Sequence record: SRR20825010_1537 | Direction: 5' to 3' (one strand) | DNA length: 41,930 nt | Part shown: positions 28,558 through 39,251 of the stretch, piece by piece | Position numbering within the stretch: position 1 is the first letter of the stretch | Layout of the letters: each line of letters begins with the position of its first letter | The notes under the pieces: model-generated | The model's input: only the letters and a program-made list of their open reading frames with translations | The model's database searches: none | Told to the model about the DNA's origin: nothing | Made by a program: the position numbers and the translations under genes

Positions 28558-29500
28558 ATGCCCTTACCAGCATGGCTCCGCTGGAATAACCACCACCAAA
28601 TACGGTAACTACGGCCAACTCACCTTTTTTCATGGTATTGAAAATTTCAGAGTAGCCAATAGAGGAACTAGCAGAACCAGTGTTACCGTATTCAATCATA
28701 TTGATGACAACTTTCTCCATTGGAAAATTCAGTGTTTCAGCCACTTTACTGATGATCCTCATATTGGCTTGGTGCGGAATTAGGTAGTCTAGCTGGCTTA
28801 GGGAACAACCGGCATTGTTAAGAATATTTTCTGTTTTTTCAGACATATACTTAATGGCATTATAGAAAACATCCTTTCCATCGGGCATAGAAATGCCACC
28901 ATCAAAAGGTTTTAAGCATACACCATTTGGCCCACGACCAATTGTGGCGTGGCCTTCAGTATTTACGCCAATAACTACATGGTCTTTTTCTGTAACTCTT
29001 TCTTTAGAAAGAAATACAGCAGAAGCCCCATCGCCCCAAAGGTGAGCGGAAACTGGGTCTGACTCATTTAAATAGGCCCAATTATGTTCTGCGGTTACTA
29101 TTAATGCTTTTTCAGCTTTACCCATCGCGAAATAACCTTCTACAATTTCAATTGCATTTAGAAAAGAGCTGCAGGCTGAAGAAACGGAAAATACTACTGC
29201 TCCATTGATGTCATACTTTTGTTGAACCACATGAGCAAGAGTGCCCACAGTGTCATATGGAGAATAAGTGGCGCCAATTATAAGGTCGACTTCTGAAATA
29301 TCATATGGTAAATTAGACAGCCCTTCTTCAATGGCTGAAATGGCCATTGTATTTACATTTTCGTTTGCAGAAGTTCTTCTGCGGTTTTTGATTCCTGATT
29401 TACGGATAATGCTTTCATCATCCATGCCATTTTTATCAAAAAAGTAACTATTGGGAATTATATTCGAAGGAATATAATGGGATGCTAAATTAATGTACAT
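28556..29500 (-). CDS. fabH: 3-oxoacyl-ACP synthase III family protein
   Basis: Catalytic triad motifs SACSS, PHQAN and GNTGSAS; also GDGA and FGGG. Confidence 0.88.
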   Translation of the reverse strand: MYINLASHYIPSNIIPNSYFFDKNGMDDESIIRKSGIKNRRRTSANENVNTMAISAIEEGLSNLPYDISEVDLIIGATYSPYDTVGTLAHVVQQKYDINGAVVFSVSSACSSFLNAIEIVEGYFAMGKAEKALIVTAEHNWAYLNESDPVSAHLWGDGASAVFLSKERVTEKDHVVIGVNTEGHATIGRGPNGVCLKPFDGGISMPDGKDVFYNAIKYMSEKTENILNNAGCSLSQLDYLIPHQANMRIISKVAETLNFPMEKVVINMIEYGNTGSASSSIGYSEIFNTMKKGELAVVTVFGGGYSSGAMLVRA

Positions 29501-29626
29501 GAAATCCTGTTACGGGTGGTTGTTTTATTTTGTTGAGTTTGAGTTTCGAAACTAGTACTTATTTACCGATTCTCTTAAGAACAACTGTAATTAGAGGCTT
29601 CGGCTTTCAATTTACTGAAGTAGCCT

Positions 29627-30208
29627 TTAGCTTAAAATCTCTTGAACCCGCTCTCGTAGATAGGGAACGACCGCCTCTTCAAACCATAGGTTCTTTTTCA
29701 TCCATATGCCATTTCTGGGTGAAGGATGAACCAAAGGGAAAAAGTCAGGCAAGTAGGCTTCGTAGTTCAGAACCGTTTCAGTGAGTGTCTTTTGCTTCTT
29801 TTCCCCCAAATAATAACTTTGTGCATATTGACCAATTAAGAGTGTTAGTTTAACTTCCTTCAAGTGATCAAAAATTTGGCTATGCCATAAGGGAGCGCAC
29901 TCTGATCGTGGAGGCAAATCGCCCGATTTACCTTTGCCAGGATAGCAAAAGCCCATTGGAACAATACCGAACAGGTTAGTGTCGTAAAACTGTTCATTGG
30001 TTACACCTAGCCATTTCCTAAGGTTCTTCCCTGAAACATCGTCCCACGGAATACCTGAAGCATGTACCTTGGTGCCAGGTGCCTGTCCAATCACCAATAT
30101 TTTTGAGTTGGAGCTAACTGACACCACTGGTCTTGGGCCTAGCGTTAAATGCTCATTACAAACTGTACAGGTCTTAATTTCACGAAGTAAGTTTTCAAAA
30201 CTTGCCAT
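29627..30208 (-). CDS. Uracil-DNA glycosylase superfamily protein
   Basis: GQAPG and HPSPRN motifs, plus a CTVC...C...C cysteine set. Confidence 0.88.
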   Translation of the reverse strand: MASFENLLREIKTCTVCNEHLTLGPRPVVSVSSNSKILVIGQAPGTKVHASGIPWDDVSGKNLRKWLGVTNEQFYDTNLFGIVPMGFCYPGKGKSGDLPPRSECAPLWHSQIFDHLKEVKLTLLIGQYAQSYYLGEKKQKTLTETVLNYEAYLPDFFPLVHPSPRNGIWMKKNLWFEEAVVPYLRERVQEILS

Positions 30209-30336
30209 AGAGTTTCAATTTAAAATAAAAACCCATAAGAGAAATAGAAGAAGGAGATAGTCAGTAGCTAAAATGACATATGGATGATGAAGCTGAATTA
30301 ATAGCATTCAATTATCTTCGCCAAAAGTTGAATTGA

Positions 30337-30948
30337 ATGAGTACCCAAGAATTAGTTTATGTTATTGATTTAGGCGGAACCCTTGTTTTTGCCATTAGTG
30401 GTTGGTTGGCAGCTTCTAAAAAACAAATGGATCCATTTGGTGCTTCGGTTATTGCCTTTATAACAGCAGTTGGGGGTGGAACCTTGCGCGACTTGCTCAT
30501 TGGCAGTCAGCCAGTAGGGTGGATGGTGGATCAAAACTACCTCTTAATGATTGGGGTTGGAATTGGGCTAGGCTATTTATTCAAGCGCTACTTGGAAAAA
30601 CTGAGAAAAACGATGTTCCTCTTTGATTCCATTGGGATAGGCTTGTTTACTATTCTCGGAATTGAAAAAACACTAGATTTTGGTTTAACACCCGTAATTG
30701 CAGTAATGATGGGGACAGTTTCTGCTGTTTTTGGTGGAGTATTACGTGATACGTTGGCCAATGAAGTGCCTTTGATTTTTAGAGAAGAAATTTATGCAAC
30801 AGCTTGTTTAACGGGAGGCATTCTATTTCTAATTCTAGGCTATTTTAATGTGAACGTAGATGTTAGAATCATTCTGACTGTCTGCTATATTATCGGATTA
30901 AGAATTATATCGGTAAGGAATAAGTGGTCACTTCCAGCAATTAAATAG
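30337..30948 (+). CDS. Trimeric intracellular cation channel (TRIC/UPF0126) membrane protein
   Basis: Duplicated GGGTLRD and FGGVLRD motifs; FAISG. Confidence 0.9.
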   Translation: MSTQELVYVIDLGGTLVFAISGWLAASKKQMDPFGASVIAFITAVGGGTLRDLLIGSQPVGWMVDQNYLLMIGVGIGLGYLFKRYLEKLRKTMFLFDSIGIGLFTILGIEKTLDFGLTPVIAVMMGTVSAVFGGVLRDTLANEVPLIFREEIYATACLTGGILFLILGYFNVNVDVRIILTVCYIIGLRIISVRNKWSLPAIK

Positions 30949-30962
30949 TTAAAAGGTTAGCC

Positions 30963-31340
30963 ATGAAAATCATCCATTCAGCAAACGCACCGAAGGCTTT
31001 AGGTCCTTATTGTTCTGCCATTCGCACGGGTAATTTGCTTTTCTGCTCAGGGCAAACTGGTATTGATCCCCTGACCAATAGAGTAGAATCTGCAACAGTT
31101 GAAGGACAGACTAAACAAGTGTTAGCAAACCTCAAAGCTGTTTTAGCTTCTGAAGGACTTAGTGCAAGCGATGTGGTTAAATGCAATGTTTACCTTAGCG
31201 ATATGCAGCACTTCGAAACAATGAACAAGGTATATGGCGAATTCTTCGAAGGGCATACACCTGCAAGAACCACCGTTGCTATAGCAGGACTTCCCTTAAA
31301 TGCGCTTGTAGAAATCGAGTGTATCGCTGAAATCAAGTAA
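30963..31340 (+). CDS. RidA/YjgF family reactive-intermediate deaminase
   Basis: APKALGPY, SGQ, PART and LVEIE motifs. Confidence 0.92.
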   Translation: MKIIHSANAPKALGPYCSAIRTGNLLFCSGQTGIDPLTNRVESATVEGQTKQVLANLKAVLASEGLSASDVVKCNVYLSDMQHFETMNKVYGEFFEGHTPARTTVAIAGLPLNALVEIECIAEIK

Positions 31341-31356
31341 TCTATTTCCTCAAGGG

Positions 31357-32259
31357 TTAAGCAGTAACTACTTTCCGTTGCTTCTTCTTATACAGTGCAA
31401 ATACATTACCCACAATCAGCATTAGCATTCCTATGATGGTGTACTCAGTGATTACAAAACCTTCGAAAATCGTGGATATAATCACCGCTACAACGGGTAC
31501 CACTACAATGGTATAGGCCGCTTTTCCTGCTCCAATTTTACTGATCAGCGTCAAGTACATGTTGAAGGCGATAATCGACCCGAAAATAACCAAGTAAATT
31601 AATGAAAATACATAAGGTGCCGACCAATCGATAGTAAATGGTTTGCCTAGCGAGATGGCAACAATAAACATAGCTATAGCCCCATACAACATAGCAAATG
31701 CAGTTGATTGCATTACAGGGATTTTCAATTTTGAGTTATAGCCTGAGGTTACATTGCCAAGGCTGGCGATCATCACAGAAGCAACGCACAGTATTAATCC
31801 ATTGAAAGAATCACCTGCGGCTGTAAAAGCAATAAGCTCGCGCTTAAAAATGACCATCGTGCCAAGCACACCGAATAAAGCTCCGATAAATACTTTGGGT
31901 ATAATCGGCTGCTTCAGAAATATGGCGCCAAAAATCATATTGAAGAAGATGATGAGTGAGAACCCAACAGCCACAAGCCCGCTGGTAAGGTATTGTTCTG
32001 ACTGATAAACCAACCAATAGTTGAAGCCATGAAGCAAAATGCCCTGAAGAGCAATTCTTAAGTGAATCTGCCAAGAGAAAGTAAGGTTCTTTGACCTGAT
32101 TTTACAGTAGGCTAAAAATAACAAACCAGCTAAAGCAAACCTGTAAGTCACAGACATTAAGGGGTCTACACTTCCTAATTGAAAAGTGATTACGTACCAA
32201 GTGGAGCCCCAAATCAGTGCAGGAATGGCGAAAAGTAAAAGATTGTTCGATTCTTTCAT
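31357..32259 (-). CDS. EamA/DMT family transporter
   Basis: LIWGSTW, RFALAG and about 10 TM helices; ATG 32259 preferred. Confidence 0.9.
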   Translation of the reverse strand: MKESNNLLLFAIPALIWGSTWYVITFQLGSVDPLMSVTYRFALAGLLFLAYCKIRSKNLTFSWQIHLRIALQGILLHGFNYWLVYQSEQYLTSGLVAVGFSLIIFFNMIFGAIFLKQPIIPKVFIGALFGVLGTMVIFKRELIAFTAAGDSFNGLILCVASVMIASLGNVTSGYNSKLKIPVMQSTAFAMLYGAIAMFIVAISLGKPFTIDWSAPYVFSLIYLVIFGSIIAFNMYLTLISKIGAGKAAYTIVVVPVVAVIISTIFEGFVITEYTIIGMLMLIVGNVFALYKKKQRKVVTA

Positions 32260-32351
32260 AAAATCACAAAGCGTGAAATTACACAGAGAATTCAATCTTC
32301 AATACCTGGATTATCTGATTTTTGTTAAGTGGAACATTGTCTTTTTCTTTC

Positions 32352-33053
32352 TTAAATAGCGTTCAAAAAATTATCTAACTCCATTATGCTTTGAAATTCT
32401 TGAAACGTGTATTCACCAATGGTATGCTTATCCATTTTTTCGTGAACCCAAGTATCATGAAATGGGATATGAATAGCGTTTCCTCCAATTTCACAAATGG
32501 GTAGAATATCCGACTTTAATGAGTTCCCAATCATTAAGAAGTTGGAAGGATTGATCTGATATCTTTCTAAAATACCTCTATAAGTTGAAGCGTTCTTCTC
32601 GCTCACTATTTCAATATGTTCAAAGTGATCTGCAAGGCCAGAACGCGCAATTTTTGTTTCTTGATCCCAAAGGTCTCCTTTAGTGATAATGATCAGTTGA
32701 TAATCACCTTTAAGCCGCTCAATTGTTTCTTCAATCCCAGGAAGGATTTCAACAGGGTGGGTGAGCATCTCTTTGCCTAAGTTGATAATTCTCTGAATGT
32801 CTTCTCCTGATATTTTTTGCTGGGTCAGTTCAATAGCTGACTCAATCATTGAAAGCATAAAGCCCTTAATGCCATAGCCGAAGAGTTTTAGGTTCTTCAG
32901 TTCAACTTCGTAGAGCTTATGCTCCAAGGTGTCGTCTATATCAAAATAGGAGGAAAGGATATTTTCATACTGAAGTCTAGTTTTGGTGAAGATAGGCTCG
33001 TTTACCCATAGTGTATCGTCAGCATCAAATGCAATGGTAGTTATGTTTTTCAT
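32352..33053 (-). CDS. HAD-superfamily hydrolase
   Basis: FDADDTLW motif I, TKGD motif II and MIGNSLKSD motif IV. Confidence 0.9.
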   Translation of the reverse strand: MKNITTIAFDADDTLWVNEPIFTKTRLQYENILSSYFDIDDTLEHKLYEVELKNLKLFGYGIKGFMLSMIESAIELTQQKISGEDIQRIINLGKEMLTHPVEILPGIEETIERLKGDYQLIIITKGDLWDQETKIARSGLADHFEHIEIVSEKNASTYRGILERYQINPSNFLMIGNSLKSDILPICEIGGNAIHIPFHDTWVHEKMDKHTIGEYTFQEFQSIMELDNFLNAI

Positions 33054-33090
33054 TCGAATTTTTCAGTGAGTCAATATACAGTCTGAAATG

Positions 33091-33138
33091 AAAAATGTCT
33101 CCATAGAATGCTAGAAGCGAATCAGTGGAGACATTTTT
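33091..33138 (-). terminator. Terminator after the Gfo/Idh/MocA gene
   Basis: AAAAATGTCTCCA...TGGAGACATTTTT 13-bp inverted repeat. Confidence 0.7.
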
Positions 33139-33156
33139 TAAGATCAATGATTGGTG

Positions 33157-34608
33157 TTACCAGCCTGTTCTATAAGTTCGTTTTACGTACTGATTGGCTT
33201 CGTCAAAGTTGGTCACCTTCATGTTTTTAGCATCCCAATGCAACCTCTTTCTACCATGGTATTTTGTGCCACCCCAAAAACCTTGATTTTTTGCGTTTGG
33301 ATCTACTTCAAAATAAGCTTTTAAGGCAAGGTTTCCAATGAGAATACTTTCTGTGAATGGCCCAGCGTAGTCAAAAGAAGAACTTGTTTCGGCCTTTCCG
33401 TACCCAGCTATACAGGCGTTTACCCACTGCAAATAGTGTCCTTCTGGAACTCTAGCGATGGTTTCTTTTACCGATACCTGCTCATTTAATGATAAAGGAA
33501 GTAACCTCGGGTTCGCGCCATAACAGTCAGCCAAAAGCTTTCCTTTGGTACCTATAAAGAGTACGCCACCATCCCAATTTCCAAATGCTTCGTCATCACC
33601 AAGTTCTTCTGGTCTCTCAGGCATTATGCCTCCATCCATCCAAGCAACTTTTATATTTCCCTTACCATCTGTTCTTGGGTAGTTTAAATGAATTTTACTT
33701 GCAGTAGGAAAGCTCTTTGGGAAATCGAGTGTTTCAAAGTTAGCCTTGAAAGCGTCAACGGCACTACACTCTACTTGGTCTGGATACAGGATGGGTAGAA
33801 TTCTATACACTGGGTCCATAATGTGGCAAGCCATATCTCCTAATGCGCCAGTTCCAAAATCTGACCAGCCTCTCCAGTCAAAAGGCAAATAGGCGTCATT
33901 ATAGTCGCGTTTTTCCGCGGTACCTAGCCATAAATCCCAATTTAATTCTTTCGGAATGTTATCTTTTCTGGTGGGGGTTTCTAGCGCCATAGGCCAAATG
34001 GCTCGGTTTGTCCAGCATTGTACGGTATGGACTTCGCCAATTAATCCAGCATCATAATATTCTTTCATTTTCCGAACGCCATCTCCCGAAGCCCCCTGAT
34101 TTCCCATTTGGGTAACCACTTTATACTTTCGAGCGGCTTCGGTCAACTGTCTGGCTTCTGCGATGTCATGGGTAAGGGGTTTTTGAACATAAACATGTTT
34201 CCCTAATTCCATAGCTGCCATGGCTTGCACTGCATGCATGTGGTCTGGGGTAGAGACAGATACCGCATCGATGCTATCTTTGTTTTCTTCCAGCATCTTG
34301 CGGTAGTCCTTGTACATTGGTGCATTAGGGAAGCTCTTCACAGACTCCTTAGAACTTCTTTGGTCCACATCGCAGAGGTAGGCGATTTTCACATTGGGAC
34401 TCTGTGCAAAAGATGCCAAATCACTTGTTCCTTTTCCCCCAGCTCCAATTCCAGCAATATAAAGTGTGTCGGAAGGGGCAACAAAGCCATTTCCTAGTAC
34501 ATGTCGGGGGACAATTGTGAAGGCCGCCCCGGCAAAGCCTAATGTCTTAATGAAATTTCTTCGGGTAGTCGAGTTCGAGGTGTTTTTATTCTCTTCGTTG
34601 GCTGACAT
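33157..34608 (-). CDS. Tat-exported Gfo/Idh/MocA-family NAD(P)-dependent oxidoreductase
   Basis: TRRNFIK Tat signal; IGAGGKG, STPDHMH, VQKP and GDMACH motifs. Confidence 0.92.
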   Translation of the reverse strand: MSANEENKNTSNSTTRRNFIKTLGFAGAAFTIVPRHVLGNGFVAPSDTLYIAGIGAGGKGTSDLASFAQSPNVKIAYLCDVDQRSSKESVKSFPNAPMYKDYRKMLEENKDSIDAVSVSTPDHMHAVQAMAAMELGKHVYVQKPLTHDIAEARQLTEAARKYKVVTQMGNQGASGDGVRKMKEYYDAGLIGEVHTVQCWTNRAIWPMALETPTRKDNIPKELNWDLWLGTAEKRDYNDAYLPFDWRGWSDFGTGALGDMACHIMDPVYRILPILYPDQVECSAVDAFKANFETLDFPKSFPTASKIHLNYPRTDGKGNIKVAWMDGGIMPERPEELGDDEAFGNWDGGVLFIGTKGKLLADCYGANPRLLPLSLNEQVSVKETIARVPEGHYLQWVNACIAGYGKAETSSSFDYAGPFTESILIGNLALKAYFEVDPNAKNQGFWGGTKYHGRKRLHWDAKNMKVTNFDEANQYVKRTYRTGW

Positions 34609-34655
34609 AGTTAAGGGTTTGTCTAAAAAAAATAGATTTGAATCCCTTGAATTTA

Positions 34656-34669
34656 TGAAATCGATTTCA
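34656..34669. promoter_or_regulatory. LacI-family-type operator
   Basis: Perfect palindrome TGAAATCGATTTCA with a central CG, 48 nt upstream of the oxidoreductase start. Confidence 0.6.
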
Positions 34670-34944
34670 AATTGACTAGGTGATTTTTAAACATTGTTTG
34701 AGTGGGGTTAAAATTATGTTTAGAATGAGAGGAGCTTTGAATCATTTGAAACAACAAATAAAAGGGACTTCAAAATTCAATCTATCAATAATTGTAAGGC
34801 AATACTTAAAATGAAAGTATTGAAAAACAGTTAGAATAATAGGGCAAACGATCTTAAATTCCTTATTCTCTTTTAAGCTTAGACTTGAGTGATACTAGAA
34901 ATGTGTATTTTCGCCTGATTTCTAAAATTCAAACAATACTCTTC

Positions 34945-37608
34945 TTGAAAACAAAAGCTTTACTTGTTACCCTACTCTTTTTGGTTATGGCCTCAGTGCT
35001 TGGTTATGTCTATTTTTTTAAGAAAGATGGAGGTACTGAAATACAAAGACTTATACCCGCTAATAGTCTTGGGTTAATTACTATCAATAATGTTTCAGAA
35101 GCCATTAAAGACTATTCAAGTTATTCATGGTGGGATGAGACCAATTCCTTACCTTTTATTAATAGGTTAACAGATGCCAGTAATAAAATAGACTCATTAG
35201 TCGCGTCAGGAGTGCTGCAGTCAAAGATCAATGAGAACCCCGTTTATATTTCTTTCCATTTAACGTCAAACAATAGTATTGAACCACTTTTTTTTATCGG
35301 CTCAGTTGGGTTTGAATGGTTGCCAACGAATATTAAAAAATTGGCTGATCTATGGTTTAACAAAGAGCTGCTTTTTGAAAGCAGGGTGTTTAATGAAAGG
35401 CTCATATACGAGGCTGAAGTAGAAGAGTCCAAATGGGGCTTTATAAGCCTGGGGAGTTATCTCGTGATTTCTACCAATTCTGTCTTATTAGAAGATGTAA
35501 TTCGTGCTGAGGAAGATGAGTCTAACCGATTGATGAAATCGGAACTGAAGATGGATGAAAACCAAAAGGGGATGAGTCTGCTATTAAATACGGATAGAGT
35601 TGGGAGACTAAGGAATGTGTTTACGGGTAATAATGAGTTCTCATCTAATCAACTTAAAGGTCTTATAAATATAAAGATAGAGCCATCAGCTGCTGGTTTA
35701 ACTTTTAATGGAGTTAGCCTTTCAAACCAAGCGATTAATCAAACGTTGCCATCAAATGCCTTGATCAGCGTAGAGAATTTCATCCCTAGTTCAGCGAGTT
35801 TTGTACGTTGGTTTGGAATTGATGAATCTCGAAATTCAACACTTAGCGGCTTTGATATTTCACTATTTCAAACCCTTCAGAATTCTGAAATATGTGAAGT
35901 AAACATTGTGCTCGGGGCAAACACCATGTCTCAAGTTCTTTTGTCCGAAGTTTCTGATGTGTCCAAAATATCAAAAATGCTTGAAGAGATTTCTAAAGCC
36001 AGTAGAGCCGAAGGAGACACCTTGTTTACAGAAAGCTTTATTAATAATGAAATCAGGTTCGTGAATGAGGAACAGTTTTTAGTGAAAACCTATGGAGATC
36101 GATACCTGAAATCTGGCAAACCATATTATGCTTTTTTTAATAATGTTATGCTTATTAGCGATAATATTGATGCACTAAAAACGGTTTTGGTGGATTATGA
36201 TGCCGAAAATACTTGGGGAAGAATTCCTGAAAAAAGAAGGTACTTGGATAATCTGGTTCGAGAAGCCAATATCACTCAACTCAATAATTTTGAATTCTAT
36301 CTAGATCCACTCGTCAATTCCTTCAATCCAAAATGGAAGACTTTCTTTAAAGAACATATCCAGTTGTTTTCGTCATTCGATAACTTTAACTTCCAAATCA
36401 ATGAAGCATCAAACCGACTTATTGTAAGTGCTGAACTTACTTTTAATGAATCGGTGCAAGGGTCCGTAGCTCGGGGTAACAAGAGTGATACTGAGTCAAC
36501 CAACCCAGAGATTGGACTGAATTTGGTAACCAATGCTTATGGAACTAGTAAGCTTATCACCAAACCATTTGTAGTTAAAAACCATAATAACAATGCCCAG
36601 GAGGTTGTATTTCAAGATGAACTGAATCAGCTCTATTTGGTAGATAGAACGGGTAATATTTTATGGAAGAAGGGACTCGAAGGAAAGATAAATGGAGCGA
36701 TTGAGCAAATAGATTTCTACGCAAATCGTAAACTTCAATACCTGATGTTTACTGACTCTGCTGTTCATTTAATCGATAGAAATGGCGATGAAGTTGAAGG
36801 TTTTCCAATGACATTTACAACAGAGCTTCCTATTACTCAATACTCCGTTGTTGATTATGATAATAGTAAAAACTACAGGTACGCTACTACAGATAGAAGA
36901 GGGAATGTCTATTTGTTGAGCAAAGAAGGTGAAATGCTAGAAGGTTGGTCACCAAAGGTGATGGGGGCTGCATTACGAGCGGCACCTGAACATATTAGAA
37001 TCAGAGGTAGAGATTGCTTTGTTATTGTTGAGACCAACGGTAATATCCATCTTTTGAACAGAAAGGGAGAAGAGTACCCCGGCTTTCCATACCAAACGGA
37101 CAAGCAGATTTCAGGAGATTATTTTATTCAACAAGGACCCTCGTTTAACGAATCCTATGTCAAGGTTTTAAGTGAAGACGGAGAGTTGCTCTCGCTTGAT
37201 TTTAATGGGTCTGTGAAAGGGCGGAATCAATTGGTGAAACCATCGGTGTCGAGCCGTTTTGTAGCTGTAAGAGATAAGCTTAATACTGGTCTTTTAACTG
37301 TTAGGAAGGACAGTAATCAGTTTACGGTCTTTGATGAAAAAGGTCAGCGCAAATTCGGATATGATTTTAAAGGACAAGGAGATTGGGCTTTTGAGTATTA
37401 CAATTTCAGAAATGACAGTGAATTGTATGTCGCTCAAAATTTAACCACTGGTGATTTGGTAATTCTCGATGACCAAGGGAAAGAAAAATTCTCTAAAGAG
37501 GCCTTTTCTACAAATCCAGTGGGTATTCTTTATTATCAGAACAAAAGGGAATACGAACTCTTTGTAAATTTCGATAATCAAATGGCTATTTATACATTTG
37601 TCAAATAG
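34945..37608 (+). CDS. Large membrane-anchored protein (DUF3352-like N-region, C-terminal beta-propeller repeats)
   Basis: N-terminal TM, 'IP.NS' and 'FIPSSA' repeats, and repeated 'L.DR.G....G(F/W)P' blades. The start is uncertain: in-frame TTG 34945 lies downstream of a TATTTTCG box, while the track gives 34885. Confidence 0.7.
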   Translation: MKTKALLVTLLFLVMASVLGYVYFFKKDGGTEIQRLIPANSLGLITINNVSEAIKDYSSYSWWDETNSLPFINRLTDASNKIDSLVASGVLQSKINENPVYISFHLTSNNSIEPLFFIGSVGFEWLPTNIKKLADLWFNKELLFESRVFNERLIYEAEVEESKWGFISLGSYLVISTNSVLLEDVIRAEEDESNRLMKSELKMDENQKGMSLLLNTDRVGRLRNVFTGNNEFSSNQLKGLINIKIEPSAAGLTFNGVSLSNQAINQTLPSNALISVENFIPSSASFVRWFGIDESRNSTLSGFDISLFQTLQNSEICEVNIVLGANTMSQVLLSEVSDVSKISKMLEEISKASRAEGDTLFTESFINNEIRFVNEEQFLVKTYGDRYLKSGKPYYAFFNNVMLISDNIDALKTVLVDYDAENTWGRIPEKRRYLDNLVREANITQLNNFEFYLDPLVNSFNPKWKTFFKEHIQLFSSFDNFNFQINEASNRLIVSAELTFNESVQGSVARGNKSDTESTNPEIGLNLVTNAYGTSKLITKPFVVKNHNNNAQEVVFQDELNQLYLVDRTGNILWKKGLEGKINGAIEQIDFYANRKLQYLMFTDSAVHLIDRNGDEVEGFPMTFTTELPITQYSVVDYDNSKNYRYATTDRRGNVYLLSKEGEMLEGWSPKVMGAALRAAPEHIRIRGRDCFVIVETNGNIHLLNRKGEEYPGFPYQTDKQISGDYFIQQGPSFNESYVKVLSEDGELLSLDFNGSVKGRNQLVKPSVSSRFVAVRDKLNTGLLTVRKDSNQFTVFDEKGQRKFGYDFKGQGDWAFEYYNFRNDSELYVAQNLTTGDLVILDDQGKEKFSKEAFSTNPVGILYYQNKREYELFVNFDNQMAIYTFVK

Positions 37609-37619
37609 GTCAAAATACC

Positions 37620-39251
37620 ATGAAATTAGTTTTTTCGTTTCTTTTACTAGTAGTATTTTCGGGAGTTTCAATTGCTCAAAACGACAGTTTGCCTGATCGT
37701 TTCAATTCGCCTTATGAGGCAATACTGAATCATCTTAAATATTTACAAGAGGATAGTTACAATCCAACGCAAGCCGCAAAGTCTCTGCGACAAGGAGATA
37801 TGTCAAAAGACGAAATTGAAAATTTGGCTATTGAATTGAAGCAAATATTTGACGGGTCTGGTAACTATATTTATCTAGATGAGGTACCCAAAAGCCCTGA
37901 TTACTATGATAGCACTTCGTTTAAAAAACGCTATGTGCTGTTCAGTGAGTTTCCCGAGATATATGTTCAGAAGGAAGCGGATGGCTGGTTTTACGCTGGT
38001 AAATCTGTTCAAAATATAGACCTTATTCATAAAACAGTTTATCCGTTCGGGACAGATCGTCTTCTGAACCTTCTGCCCAAATTAGGCTCTAAGGAATATA
38101 TCGGTCTTCATATGTGGCAATTAATTGGAGGACTTATCATCATATCTGTAGCCTTCATATTGCATTTAATACTCACGCTTCTTTTAAGGGTGGTTATTTT
38201 TAGATTACTTCATAAGTATGGTAAAGTGGATTTGGCCAATAACCTTATTTTGCCGGTTGCTAAGCCATTCAGTTTACTTATTGTCTTCGCCTTCGTAAGT
38301 GTTCTCATTCCTACGCTTCAGTTACCGATTGCCATTTCTAAATACCTCATTTTGGGAGTTGGTGCATTGCTCCCTTTTTTCGGTACTCTATTCTGCTATA
38401 AAATGGTAGACGTTCTTGGGGCATATATGAAGAAAGTGGCCGAAAGAACCCAAAATACGCTTGATGATCAGTTGGTGCCCTTGGTGCGTAAGATTTTGAA
38501 AACCTTCGTGATTCTAGTTGGGATAATGGCCATTTTAGATGGACTTAAATTTGATATCTGGCCATTAATAACAGGTCTGTCTATTGGAGGGTTGGCCGTG
38601 GCGTTGGCCGCTCAAGACACCCTCAAGAATTTCTTTGGTTCCGTAATGATCTTCGTTGATCGTCCTTTTCAAATTGGAGATTGGATCACTTCTGATGATG
38701 TGGACGGAACAGTAGAAGAAGTAGGCTTCCGTTCTACCCGAATTAGGACTTTTAGAGATTCTTTAATGTATGTGCCCAACAGCGTAATTTCCAATCGGAC
38801 AGTAGATAACCACGGTAAGCGCCAGTACAGAAGGTATTTTACTAAATTGGCGATTACATATGACACACCAACCGATTTAATTGAAGTGTTTGTAAAAGGC
38901 GTAGAGAAAATTGTTTTGAGTCATCCTGATACCCGGAAAGACTCGTATAATATCTTTTTGAATGATTATGGTGCTTCTTCATTAGATGTAATGCTTTATA
39001 TCTTCTTCAACGTGCCTACTTGGAATGAAGAACTGAGATGTCGACAAGAAATCATGTTGAGTGTAAATCGCTTGGCAGAGAAATTGGGAGTGAGGTTTGC
39101 CTTCCCAACACAAACTTTAATGGTTGAACAATTCCCTGGTAAGTTGTCTTTAACACCTAGCTACAATCAGAGCAAAGAAGAAATGAATAAAGAAATGGAA
39201 GCCTTCATTGCCAAAAATGGAAATAGTGATGGAAAAGAACTTAGACACTAA
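37620..39251 (+). CDS. mscS: Small-conductance mechanosensitive channel with a periplasmic N-domain
   Basis: GLAVALAAQD, DRPFQIGDWI, GTVEEVGFRST and FAFPT motifs. Confidence 0.93.
   Translation: MKLVFSFLLLVVFSGVSIAQNDSLPDRFNSPYEAILNHLKYLQEDSYNPTQAAKSLRQGDMSKDEIENLAIELKQIFDGSGNYIYLDEVPKSPDYYDSTSFKKRYVLFSEFPEIYVQKEADGWFYAGKSVQNIDLIHKTVYPFGTDRLLNLLPKLGSKEYIGLHMWQLIGGLIIISVAFILHLILTLLLRVVIFRLLHKYGKVDLANNLILPVAKPFSLLIVFAFVSVLIPTLQLPIAISKYLILGVGALLPFFGTLFCYKMVDVLGAYMKKVAERTQNTLDDQLVPLVRKILKTFVILVGIMAILDGLKFDIWPLITGLSIGGLAVALAAQDTLKNFFGSVMIFVDRPFQIGDWITSDDVDGTVEEVGFRSTRIRTFRDSLMYVPNSVISNRTVDNHGKRQYRRYFTKLAITYDTPTDLIEVFVKGVEKIVLSHPDTRKDSYNIFLNDYGASSLDVMLYIFFNVPTWNEELRCRQEIMLSVNRLAEKLGVRFAFPTQTLMVEQFPGKLSLTPSYNQSKEEMNKEMEAFIAKNGNSDGKELRH

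Noticed and set aside
39100-39229. SAM riboswitch upstream of the cystathionine enzyme
   Set aside because: The upstream sequence is mscS coding DNA, with no leader or SAM motif.
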